NCBI GenBank assembly: GCA_038087875.1
Contig: CM075989.1
Span: 14,696,001 to 14,756,000, forward strand
Direction of reading: 5' to 3'
Source of the DNA: Malacoraja senta
Taxonomy: Eukaryota
Length of the DNA: 60,000 nt
Below are positions 1-12,708 of this stretch, piece by piece; position 1 is the stretch's first letter; every line of letters starts with the position of its first letter. The translations under genes were made by a program, and so were the position numbers. The notes beneath the pieces were generated by a model. It was not told where the DNA came from, searched no databases, and saw nothing but the letters and a program-made list of their open reading frames with translations.

Positions 1-559
1 AAGTTACTTTTTCAAGGGTAAGCCTGACTTTACAGGGTATGTAACTTGAACTCTACGCCCCTTCCCATTCTGTTTTTGGCATCCTGCACTGTTCCATGAA
101 GCTCAAGGTATGGCTTCTCACTGCTGACCGGGCAGGGTTCAGCCCTCAAAATTCAACGCTGCAAGTCAACAATTTCAGACAACCAGCCATGATAGCCCAT
201 ATCGAGCCGGCCAGTTCTGAAGAAAGGTCAACTACCTGTAACGTTACCTCAGTATAAAGACAGTTAATTTTTCTGCCACATACGATGGATGATATGGAAA
301 GTATGCGGAACACAGGATTAGTCATCAATAGCAAAAGGAAAACTGCAGGCAGCTTAGGGACTGAGAAAACTGGCAACAGTGAGAGAAATCGCTTAATAAT
401 GCACTGATTTAAAATGCAATTCTTCACAGAAAATGAACCCATTTGGAAAATGACACTATCACAAAAAGATTTTTTAATTCTTCTCGAACTTGGTATAATC
501 AGAATGCAATAAGAAAAATAAACACCTTGAAAGACTAGAGGGCCTAGCATTAAAAACAG

Positions 560-1280
560 GAAGGTAGATTACTATCTAAATGGCGTCAAGTTGGGAAAAG
601 GGGATACAACGGGATCTAGGGGTCCTTGTTCATCAGTCTATGAAAGTAAGCTGTGAAGGTACAGCAGGTAGTGAAGAAAGCGGTTGGCCTTTATAACAAG
701 AGGAGTCGAGTATAGGAGCAAAGAGGTCCTTCTGCAGTTGTACAGAGCCCTAGTGAGATCACACCTGGAGTATTGTGTGCAGTTTCAGTCCCCTAATTTG
801 AGGAAGGACATTCTTGCTATTGAGGGATGGCGGGACTGTCATATGCTGAGAGAATGGAGCGGCTGGGCTTGTACACTCTGGAGTTTAAAAGGATGAGAGG
901 GGATCTTATTGAAACATATAAGATTGTTAAGGGTTTGGACACACTAGAGGCAGGAAACATGTTCCCGATGTTGGGGAGTCCAGAACCAGGGGCCACAGTT
1001 TAAGGATAAGGAGTAAGCCATTTAGAACGGAGACGAGAAAACACTTTTTCTCACAGAGAGTTGTGAGTCTGTGGAATTCTCTGCCTCAGAGGGCGGTGGA
1101 GGCCCGTTCTCTGGATACTTTCAAGAGAGAGCTAGATAGGGCTCTTAAAGATAGCGGAGTCAGGGGATATGGGGAGAAGGCAGGAACGGGGTACTGATTG
1201 GGAATGATCAACCATGATCACATTGAATGGCGGTGCTGGCTCGAAGGGCCGAATGGCCTACTCCTGCACCTATTGTCTAT
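560..1280 (+). mobile_element. CR1/HER1-type LINE 3' fragment
   Basis: [26 protein letters not shown] motif, followed by the 3' tail GGCTCGAAGGGCCGAATGGCCTACTCCTGCACCTATTGTCTAT. Confidence 0.88.
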
Positions 1281-4200
1281 AATGTGTGAGGGGCAAAATG
1301 TAAAGGAGATGTGCAGATTTTTGGTTTACATAGCAAGTCGTGTGTGGCATTTAATTAGATTAGCACGTGAACATGCAGGGAATGCTTGGACACGGATATC
1401 ATGCAGAATGAGGAGATTAGTTCAACATGACATGTTCAGCATGGACAGTGTGGGCTGAAGGGCCTGTTCGTGTGCTGTACTGTTCTATGTTTTAACCTTC
1501 CTACAGCCAGTTATTTATCTACCTTGCTCAATAAGAGCACATGGAATTTGTGACTAACTTTGGCCCCGTGACTTTATTCAGACACAGGTTGGAAAGAGTT
1601 TAGTTACGATAGTGCCAATTCATGCTTCAATAAATTCTGTAAGGTTGAATTACTCCTAATTTGGTCTCCTGCATTCATGGCTTTAGCTTCACCCCAACAA
1701 AGCCCCTTCAGAGTGTCTCAAATTATAGGACTTTACAAATCCAGTTAAACTGTGATGGAATAATCAATGCCAAAAGTTGACATACAACTCAGTCTGCTGT
1801 TAACAATAATCCCAGGCTTTTAGTTTTGTTTTCACTCTGGTTTGCAGCTTGAAACTACATATGGACTTCACAAATCAAACCTTATCAGCAGGCTGCTGCT
1901 AGGTTTTCAAATACACAAAGTTATTGCCTCGAAATTTGCATGCATTGCTTATTCTTTCTCCAATACATTTGACAATTTTTTTTCCTGGAGCAGAATACAT
2001 TTGTGACCTTTACTGGATTGAATACCGCAGGTTTGCACTGGGCATTTCTGCACATGATTCATACCCTCATGCCTGGTGCAATTTCTGTGCCAGTCAAGCA
2101 TTGGATGACTGTGTTCCCCACGCAATCTTTCTTTTGGAAAGCCTCTGTGAAATTAGACTAATACATCTTATGTCATTGAGCACTCTCGTCACACCCAAGC
2201 CTTCAAACACAGTATTGGGTTGGAATGATTTTACCTCTCAGTTCTGCACTTTTCGACATCACCAAACACCACCCCAATTCTGATCACCCAAGGCACCAAA
2301 CATCACTCCCCATACCATCCGCCCCAACCATCCCCAGCTACTTACCCCATGCATCTCCCTTACACCCAACCCTTGCATGCAGCTCTCTCACTCAATCCCC
2401 TACCACCACTCTCTCCCAGTGTCCTTTCATCCACGACAGTACATCTTGTCAACAGAACAGCTGTTGACTCACACCACTGCAGCAACCATCCAGCACAGCT
2501 CTTAGGTGCTCCTAAATCGCGAGGAAATTAAGTTTGCAATGCGTAGACTGTTTGCTAATCATTAAATATCTGTAGTCGCAATTTAAACAAGGGAGAATTT
2601 GAAGCATTTGTTAAGCTACCTTCTCCTCCCTCACACAAACGCCAGACTGATAAACACACTCAGGTTGAAGGTGCTTCACATTTTTCGAGGCAAGTGTTAC
2701 TTTTATAAATTAAGTTTTTCTTAATTCCTCCTTTGCCTTTTGCCTGAATATTTTCGCTTGATTGAACTGAAGCGCTCCTCCACTCTCACTGGGAAAACGT
2801 TTCCAACTAAACCCCATATTCCACAGGGATGTTGCTGCAAACATCCCAAAGTAACAGCTCTTGGAAACAACATTGCGACAATAACATTAACAGGTGAAGT
2901 AGCCACACACACATCTCCTGTACCATTCGATCGGGCAGCAGAAGCAAACACATGGGGAGGACATTCAGCAACACAGATTTCAAAAGAAAATGTTGGAAAT
3001 GAAGAGACATTTTCCCAGCTGATATGTAAACCATCAAAAGTATAAATGGATCCATTTAAAAAAAAATTAAAACAGTACTGCAAATTAATGCTCAATTACT
3101 ACCTCAATTAGCTCAATATCTATTGCTCCATTCTGTTGGAATAACATTTCTTCAGATATTTAAGCTTTCCAAATTGTCATTGTTAATGGTCATGAATCTC
3201 TTCAAATTCACCCAACTAAGAACTTTATTGATTCAATATTCAGATCGACAGGACTCTGGAACAGATGCCGCTTTCAAGTGTTTCCAGATCATGCAACGTT
3301 ACTGTGACAAACCGGAGGCTCCCGAGGTTTATTCCAGGCAAGTCCAACATTCAGATCACTGAATTTATCTGGATACACTACCCAAACTCCCTGCAACATC
3401 GATCAATTGAACAAAAATATTTTGTGTGGCCTTTTGAGATGCAGGAAGATTGGAAACAGAAGGACAAGTTTGGTTCCATTTGCTTCCTTGCCAATGGAAA
3501 TCACTGCGACTGATCCCTTATCTCAGCATCACTACTCTATTAATCCAATATCCCTCGATTCTTTTAATACCCAAAGATCCTCACTTGCTCCCTCTTCCTT
3601 CCAAAAAAAATGTTCTTTCTTGTTCCCTTTCCAGGAAACAAATTATGAAATCTCCCCGACCTACAAGAGAACCAACAATCCAAGTTTTCTCCCTGTGGGA
3701 AAGTGGTGGGGCTCAATTTAACGTCACCAAATTACCACACAATGGATCAGCACACTCATTGAGTCAATACAGCTCAACAGTACACCCTCAACATGACATC
3801 CGCACAGAATTGGAGGAGGCATAGAATAGTGTCATTTAAGAGGCTTTCAAACAGGCACATGGATGAGCAGGGAATAGAGAGGTATGAATTAAGTGCAAGA
3901 AGAAGGATTTGTTTAATTTAGCATCATGTTCGGCAAGGATATTGTGGGCCAAAGGACCTGTTCCTGTGATCTACTTTGATAGTCTCTGTTATGGTCACTA
4001 TATTCAAAATGTCTTTAATTTAGAAAAATATTGCATGTGGAAGCTGTGATATTTACATTATTGAGTAACAGACTCCACCGATGAGAGGTGATGTGTACAT
4101 CCCAATTCATGTAATTAAGCAAACAAGAATTCAAGAAAGATCTTCCAACCAGCTATGAAAGGCATGGCGATGTCCTGAGTTTAGTACGCTCTCACCAGCT

Positions 4201-4628
4201 CCAGTGACCAGTGAAAGCCACCCAGCTCAACACAGCAGCACAGCAGAGAAAGAGTTTCCAACGTCAAGAAAGCAATGTTCGCATTGCCACTGCATTGAAG
4301 GTTGATGTTTACTGCCTTACTGAACACAACTGAGTGGCCTCACTCCCAGGAATGAGGCCACTCGGGTAATGGAAATTCTCCCATGCAAATTTCACAAATG
4401 ACTACCCAGACATTTGAGATACAGAATACAATTCACTCTGATAGAGTTTAGATGTAAACATAAATAAATGCAAGATTTTCTTATCAAAATCGATTTTCTT
4501 GACACACATGCAGATGCCACGATTTTGCATTATGGAAAATCGCAATCTGGGATCATATCCAGCAAAATTTAGATGTTCAAGGACTTGTCACTAATACATA
4601 CTTTTCTAGTTGGGAAGATTTCACTCAC

Positions 4629-4752
4629 CCGTATTTGTCTGCCAACTCCCTGGCATCTGTTTCTTTTACAGCCCTCTGATCCTCTAAATCACATTTATTG
4701 CCGCATAATACAATATCTGGGTTTTCACAATATGCGTGCATCTGAAGCTGAC
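4629..4752 (-). CDS. RAB27A: Rab27A coding exon 4 (124 nt)
   Basis: Acceptor TTTCTAG, then (S)[40 protein letters not shown](G) with the NKxD G4 motif, then donor GTGAGT. Found by manual translation and absent from the ORF track. Confidence 0.96.
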
Positions 4753-6056
4753 CTAGAAATACATTTAGAAAAGAGAGAAACTATAAAGGATAACACTGCA
4801 GTCAAAAGGGATACATTATCCTCCCTCAGATCACCCATCAGGTGAAAGGACAGATACACACAGGTAACTCCTGCATCAATCTCCTTGCCATGGTTTATGT
4901 TCTCCCACCAAAAATACTGACTCCCTGGAAAAAGTGTTTTCTTACACCAGTGGCTTAAAAATATTTCCCTTCCCCTTCCAAAAAGTAAAAAGGTGAAGTG
5001 AGTATATTTGAAAGTTAACTACATCAGCAAGAGACTTGCACCATCTCTCCAGTGCTGGTTTGTGAAATTTCATAGGATCATAAGACACAGGAGCAGAATT
5101 AGGCCATTTGGCCCATCAAGTCAACTCCGCCATTCCATCATGGCTGATCTATCTTTCCCTCTCAACCCGATTCTCCCACCTTCTCCCCATAACCCCTGAC
5201 ACGCTTACTAATCATGAATCTATCAGTCTCTGCCTTAAAGAGTCCCAACATAATGATCAAAAACATAGAACATAGAACATTACAGCACAGGAACTGGCCA
5301 ACAAACTAATCCCCTCTATCTGCATGCAATCCACATTCCTCCATATCATAAGACATATGCATAGAATTAGGCCGTTCAGCCCATCATCTTCTCTGCCATT
5401 CTGTCATGGCTGATCTATCCCGCCTAACTCCATTTTCCTGCCTTCTCCCCTAACCTCTGACACCTGTACTAATCAAGAACCTATTCATCTCTGCTTTAAA
5501 AATACTCAATGACTAGGCCTACACAGCAACATGTGGCAATGAATTCCACAGATGCACCACCCTCTGACTAAAGAAATTACTCCTCATCTCCATTCTAAAA
5601 GGTACATCCTTTTATTCTGAGGCCGTGTCCTCTGGTCCTAGACTCTCCCACTGCTGGAAACATCCTCGCCACATCCACTCTATCTAGGGTTTTGTGCAAA
5701 GTGAAACCCCTGTGTATTCCACTTTGCCACCTGTGGAACAAAGTCAGAGAAATAAGATCTATGGAGTCTTCACTTTCTCTATTCAAGCTGTACCCGAGCC
5801 AGTGGCTGGTGTGTGGGGTTCTCTACGGTTCACAAGTAATCCTTTTTAGAAGTGTCCTGTTTTAAAACCGTATAGGGGCTTGCATTGAAACCAACTCAGA
5901 TCAAAACTTCTGAACCTCTTCCACACAGGGGTCGCCAGCCTTCCCTGGGACAAGGGGCAATAGCATGCGAACAACTGAAGAAGGGTTTCGGCCCGAAACG
6001 TTGCCTATTTCCTTCGCTCCATAGATGCTGCTGCACCCGCTGAGTTTCTCCAGCAT

Positions 6057-6645
6057 TTTTTTTTTATTTTTTAAATTTTTATTTATTAGAAGTACATTAC
6101 ATTACAACCACATACATTAGTACTCATTATTGACTATAGGTAATAAAAGTGATAAATTTCTTAATTTTAAATTTTGTTTTATTTGTTTCCAAATTCGGAT
6201 TGTACTATGAATAATTGGGTTCTTATTATAATTTATGTTATTCAATTTCATTGGAGAGAGGAGGATTGCTCCAATGTTTCTAGAGGAGCAATCCTCTTTC
6301 TCCATTACAATCCAGTCCACTTGCTGGGCGGAGTTATCCATCAGTTGAATCATATTTTTAATATTTACTGACCAATAATAATACATAAAATTAGGTAGTG
6401 CTAAACCCCCCAATACTTTAGGTTTATTCAGATGAGTTTTTTGTATTCTATGTGATTTATAGTCCCATATAAAATTAGTGATATCCGAGTCGAGTTTTTT
6501 TTTAAACTTCTTTGGTAAGTATATAGGAATTGATTGAAATAGGTATAAAATTTGTGGTAAAAAGATCATTTTTATTGCGTTTATTCGGCCTATTAAAGAC
6601 ATCGGGAGCGTTTTCCAGAATTTAATTAGTGTGTTTAATTTATTG
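6057..6645 (-). mobile_element. L1-clade LINE ORF2 fragment with A-rich 3' tail
   Basis: Open frame WKTLPMSLIGRINAIKMIFLPQILYLFQSIPI...FIWDYK...GGLALPNFMYYYW is typical of the post-RT region of L1 ORF2. It is followed by AATAAA and an A-rich tail at about 6057-6090. Confidence 0.88.
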
Positions 6646-7291
6646 TGTAGCATGCGAACAACACCTGCCTGGGCTTTCAGTGGGGAATCCACACAACACA
6701 GACACTGAGTGCTGCAGCCCCGTACAAATCTTTTCAATGTTGCAGGTCCTTTGCTTTCTACATATTTTATTCATGAAGTGCAGGGAAAAAAACCCCAACT
6801 AAATTTAGGGCAAACACGAAAAATCTACAGAAACTAATTAGCGCACATGGAGGTTTGGCATACATTTTATCAGCATGCGCAGCACAGGTCAGATGAAGTC
6901 AGCGAATAATACATTTCAATCAGCTATGGACAAACTCTAAAATATCTGATTGTCTCGGGCTTCCTTGTATAGTGAAATACCGAAATGTCTGTAATCCTGG
7001 AAACACTCCAGCTCCCCTGTACAATAAGTACATACAACATGGCTGAGAAACACTACTGAAGAAGCTGGGATGGGGGGCTTCGGATAAGTATCTTTTAGTT
7101 TAGTTTTAGTTTGGAGATACAGCGGGGCAACAGGCCCTTTGGCCTACCAAGTCTGCACCGACCAGCGATCCCCACACATTAACACGATCCTACACACACT
7201 AGGGACAATTTACATTTATACCAAGCCAATTAACCTACAAACCTGTATGTCTTTGGAGTGTCTAACAATGAAGGTGGCAGGAGCACCATCA

Positions 7292-7621
<330 letters not shown>

Positions 7622-8069
7622 TCAAGCGATAGGAGCTGCTAACTCAGGGAGCTGGAGTTGACAGAGTTCGAGATTACCAACACAGTGACAACTGTGCTCT
7701 GGACATCTTTTCCCACCTTAATCACATTTTGCTCAGCCCCACACTCCCTTACAATAACGCTTGCTCCCCCCTCCCTCGCAGTACCTTCCTATCTCCTGCT
7801 CAATAGGGTGCACTTTCTAAACTCAAGTAGTTGTACAGACAATGGCTACAGCAAATAGTGCGAGGGACCATCTCTCCACCTCTGGTGGAACCCGACTCCA
7901 GTCCAAACCTTTCAGTCATCTCTATATCAAGACAGTGAAAGCTGAATATTGAATTAAGACAATTCTAAATTATATCATAGTATCAACAACGAAATGCCGT
8001 TAGGAACCTGACTACGACTTCATCTTGTGTTTTGGGCTTAATGAATAGTTGAAGGCGGCAATGAATCAT

Positions 8070-8990
8070 TACCACCAGCACGGAAACAGGCCTGCGCTCA
8101 ACTCCTCTAGGTGTACCAAGATGCCCATCTCGGCTAATCCCATTTGCCCGTGCTTGACCATATCTTTAGAGACTTTCCTATCCATGTAACTGTTCATATG
8201 TCTTTTAAATGTTAGTGTATCTGCCTCAACCATTCCATATACATATCACCCTAAATTAAAAAGGTGCCCTTCAATTTTCTTTGTAGACAAAAATGCTGGA
8301 GAAACTCAGCGGGTGAGGCAGCATCTATGGAGTGAAGGAATAGGTGACGTTTCGGGTCGAGACCCTTCTTCAGACCTTCTTCAATTTCCTTTTATATCTT
8401 TTCCCTCTCACTTAAAACTATGACCTCTCATGCTTCATTTCCCAACCCTGGGGAAAAGGACTGTGTAAATTCACCCTATCTGTGTCCCTTGTGATTTTAT
8501 ACACATTTATAAGAGGGAAGAAGATTAGACTTTATTGCCTTCCATCACAGTGGGGAATCCGCTGTGGTGGATGTTTATGTTAACTTTTATTTAGTTGTGT
8601 GTCTTGTTGCTTTTTTAGTATGTCTGTATGGTAATTTGCATATCACTGTACCTTAATTGGTACGTGACGATAAAAGACCTTTGAAGATCACCCCTCCTGT
8701 ACACCAAGAATAAAGTCTTGCCCAACCTCTCCCTATAGCTAAGGCACACAAGTCCTGACAACATCCTCGTAAATCTTTTCTACATTCTTTCCAGCTTCTC
8801 GGCATCCTTCCTATAGCAAGATGACCAAAACTGAAGATAATACTTGACAAGTGCGGCCTCACTGATGTCTTGTACAACAGCAACATAACATCCCAACTCC
8901 TGTACTCAGTACCCTATCTGATGAAGGCAAATATGTCAAACACCCTCTTCACCACTCCGTTCACCTGTGATGCCACCTTCATAGAGTTAT
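8070..8990 (-). mobile_element. Degenerate CR1 LINE fragment with nested insertions
   Basis: Minus-strand MLLLYKTSVRPHL motif and CR1 3' sequence. Confidence 0.72.
8284..8375 (-). repeat. PLE terminal-repeat copy with an intact hammerhead-like core, nested in CR1
   Basis: Minus strand 8373-8346 reads CTGAAGAAGGGTCTCGACCCGAAACGTC. Confidence 0.8.
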
Positions 8991-9423
8991 ATATGGATAC
9001 GCAGATTTATGGATAGTAAGTCAGCTGATAGAGGACTTACTGTAATTCATAATTAATGCAGGAATATATAAATGAGTGGTTGGCGGTTAGTGTATCTCAG
9101 TGGCCAAATTGCTTTTTTCCATAACGTATCTTCCCATGACTCCATGAAATAATTTGCAACAAATACATGTCCCTTTAAGACCACAAAACCCCCCAAAAAA
9201 GAAAAAGTGCTACAACTACGGCTAAGTTAAAGTCCGTACTCGATCAAAGGGATAAACGTGTCACAAAAAAAATGGCAGGGAAGCCCAAAGACTGGGAGAT
9301 TATCAGCACTCCGAACACAAGGATCAAAGGGAATGCAGAGTGTGACAGAATCAGGTGACAGCCAGTGAAAGCTTCTTTCAATCTGTGAAAAGAGACACAG
9401 TTTGCAGAAGTTAATGGGGTCCC

Positions 9424-9656
9424 GAAGATAGACACAAAATGCTGGAGTAACTCAGTGGGCCAGGCAGCATCTCTGGAGAGAAGGAATGGGTGATGTTTCG
9501 GGTCGAGACCCTTCTTCAGACAGTCTGAAGAAGGGTCTCGACTTGAAAACGTCACCCATTCCTTCTCTCCAGAGATGCTGCCTATCCCACTGCGTTACTC
9601 CAGCATTTTGTGTCTATCTTCGGTTTAAACCCGCATCTGCAGTTCCTTCTTACACA
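9424..9656. repeat. Fold-back PLE terminal-repeat insertion
   Basis: About 95 bp imperfect inverted arms meeting near 9520. 13-bp direct repeat TTAATGGGGTCCC at 9411-9423 and 9657-9669. Confidence 0.88.
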
Positions 9657-10061
9657 TTAATGGGGTCCCTTACAGACCAACACTGCCTCAGCAACTAGGA
9701 TCTACTATGGGCTTGGTTGTGTTGCACTCCGTACTCTAGTTTGGCACTATAATAGTCTGGTTATCTACTATTGCTGATTATTCATTTATTGTATTATTAA
9801 TTACTGTATATTTCTGTGTTTTGTTTTTGCGTTAATGGGGCTGTAAAACTGCAGCAAGTAAGAATTTCATTGTTCCATTTCCCGGTACATATAATAATTA
9901 ACTCTCCTGACGCTTGTTTCTTTGTCCAGTCATATATCAAATGAGGACAGGCCTGTGCAGTTGGAAAGCAAAGTGGCATTTCAATATTAGAAGTTAAATA
10001 TCATCCCCATAAATCTTAACTTGTACTGCATGAATAAACGATTGGCAAGATAAATACCCAC

Positions 10062-10147
10062 CTCTCCTGGCCAGCTGTGTCCCAGAGTTGGAGATGAATC
10101 CTCTGCCCTCTGCCTGCACTGCCGTCTGGGCCGCTGGGCTTGTAAAC
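10062..10147 (-). CDS. RAB27A: Rab27A coding exon 2 (86 nt)
   Basis: Acceptor CCCAG, then [28 protein letters not shown](R) including the WDTAGQE G3 motif, then donor GTGGGT. Phase matches both neighbouring exons. This frame is not in the ORF track. Confidence 0.96.
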
Positions 10148-10627
10148 CTGGGTGAGGAATGACAACTTTGATTAAAGATCACATCACTAAGTTACAACAC
10201 AAGTGAGAGGAGTAACACCAAGTATCCAGAGCATGGAACGTCAAACATCACAGAGTCAAACTGCATTGGCACAGGCCCTTTAGCCCCCACTTGTCAATGT
10301 TGACCAGATTTTAAAACTGAGCTAGACACAAAATGCTGGGGTACCTCAGCGGGACAGGCAGCAGCATCTCTGGAGAGAAGGAATGGGTGACGTTTTGTGT
10401 CGAGACCCTTCTTCAGACTGTTGTTTGGATTAGAAGGTATTGGCTAGGAGAGATTGGACAAACTTGGTTTGTTGGAGGCTGAGGGGAGACCCGATAGTAG
10501 TTTTTAACTGTCAATCAGAACATTTCTCCAGGGTGGCAATGTCATAGATGCCAGAGCTTTAAGGTGAGAGAGGCAAAGGAAATGTGTAGGGCAAGTCTAT
10601 TTTACACAGAGGGGGTGGGTGTCTTAA

Positions 10628-11124
10628 AGGCCTGTCCCACGGGCAGGCGGTAGCAGGAAGTTGAGACCGCGTGTGGACCGCCAGAGACCGCGCATAGCCC
10701 GCGGGGTCGGTCCCACGCAGACCGCCGGACCGTATGTAGTTGGTCCCGACACCGTGCGGTGCTCAGAAAAGCTGACACTGTTCAAAAATCTCGGCCTACC
10801 GCCCAGCCGCCGCCTCTTCGCCGCGAGCACCGCCTGTTACGCCGTGAGCACCGCCTGTACGCCGTGTGGCGTCTCGACGTCATCGCGTAGCATTGCGTGA
10901 TGACGTCATCACCCGACGCCGCGCGACGTCCATTCCAGTCGGCCCGTGGGACAGGCCGCGCGGCATCAGCTTCCGGTAAGGTTTAACTTACCGCATGCTC
11001 GTGGGACGCATCCGAGCGGCGCTCCCGCGGCATACGCGCGGCGCTCCAGCGGTAGCCGCGCAGTCCCCGCTTCCGGGGACGCCGCGCTTCACCGCCAGTA
11101 ACCGCCTGCCCGTGGGACAGGGCA
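10628..11124. mobile_element. CpG-rich non-autonomous DNA transposon (TTAA-flanked MITE; Kolobok- or Harbinger-like)
   Basis: TIR core CCTGTCCCACGGGCAGGCGGT / ACCGCCTGCCCGTGGGACAGG with TTAA at 10624-10627 and 11125-11128. It interrupts a CR1 fragment that reads through when the insert is removed. Confidence 0.8.
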
Positions 11125-12680
11125 TTAAATGCGCTGCTGGAGTGGTAGTGGAGGCAGATATGAAAGTGGCATTTAAACGTTTTCGGATAGGCACACGAAT
11201 ATGCAAGAAATGGGGGGAATATAGATCACATACAGGCAGAGGAGATTAGTTAAGCATGGCATCATGTTCGGCACAGACATTGTGGGCTGAAGGGCCTGTG
11301 CTGTACTGTTCTATGTTCTATAGATAATAATTTGGAAAGTCTGAGGAAGAGAATTCTTGCTCTCAAAGGGAATGCACTTCAGATCTTAACCCCATGAAGA
11401 AACTTATTCACACTGCAATCTAGCAATTATTAATGGAAAACCTCAATGGCTAGAAGTGGTGCTCTGCTGCCTTGCTCCCTGCAGCTCAGCGTGCTGTGGC
11501 TGAAGCTGATTACAGCTACAGGCTGCACTGGCAGCTACTCCACTCACTCAAGCAGGAGCAGGACATGGTGTAGTAAGGCAGCTCAGACGTGACTGGAAGG
11601 CACTTCCAAGCCTTCAAACATGTGACAGGGTTGGAGACGTGGGAGCAATTCAACAAGAAACTTGCGCAGAGTACTATGCAGCCACAAGTCATCCACAAAG
11701 CTCTCCACACAATGAGCTCCAACAGTAAAGACAGGAAAGTGGCTACAACCATCCACAGGGTACAATTTGTGAACAAGAACATAGGCTCGCTCACCTTTGG
11801 GTCATCTAAGAGACTTTCTATGTAAATATGTAAGAAGGGGAACTGGGAAAGGAGAATTGTCTTCTTGATAATGCAAGATCTTGCCAGAGAAGTCATTGAG
11901 CCTGCTAGTGCCTGGAACTAAAGTAACATCACAAAGAGTTGTTCACCGAGAGGTATCAAGGGCACCATTTAAATGGCACTCGTGACACAAACCTCATTCC
12001 CTCAAATCATCAACCTTCATGTCAAAACAAACAGCGATCAAATATTGGATTAAAAACTGCAAAATTTACCCCCAATCAACTGAGATAGTGGGAGCTGGTG
12101 AAGAGAAAGAAGATGCTCAAAGTACAAGTACATGATCCGTCTGCAGCTACAACTTATGTTGATGGTTAGAAAGTAGAAACAAAGAACTGTGGATGCTGGT
12201 TAATACACAAAAGGGCACAATGTGCTTGAGTAAGTCAGCGGGTCAGGCAGCATCTCTGGAGAACACGGATAGGTGATTCTGCTCAAGACCCTTCTTCAGA
12301 CACGAAGCATCACCTATCCATGTTCTCCAGAGATGCTGCCTGACCTGCTGAGTTACTCCAGCACTTTGTGTCCTTTTATGCAGATGGTTTCCCTCGCGCC
12401 TTGTGACTGAACTCCTTTGCATAGACAGATACAGTAATCACATCCCAGCACTAACCCCTCGGTTTCCACTAGGGGGCAATACAATAGCCAGCTTGATGAA
12501 GATCAAGAGTGTTTTATTGTCATATGTCCCAGATAGAACAAGGACATTCTTACTTGCTGCAGCACAACAGAACATGTAAACAATACAATATGCGAGAGAA
12601 AAAAAAGTTCAGTGTGTGTGTGTATACACATACTCACAAGTACACATATGTACTCACAAAAAAACACACAATAGTATTGC

Positions 12681-12708
12681 AATAATAATAATAATAATAA
12701 TAATAATA
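12681..12708. repeat. (AAT)n microsatellite
   Basis: Seen directly in the sequence. Confidence 0.9.

Noticed and set aside
146..550. 134-aa hydrophobic ORF
   Set aside because: No recognisable domain, intronic location and composition typical of random AT-rich sequence.
2721..3095. ORF containing ECPPHVFASAA, reminiscent of the myosin PPHxFA motif
   Set aside because: The similarity covers only a few residues, with no further myosin motifs or supporting exons. Treated as chance.
1..4628. Final RAB27A coding exon (xPYFETSA...CxC)
   Set aside because: I found no YFETSA-like codons on the minus strand. The exon most likely lies beyond the left edge of the window.
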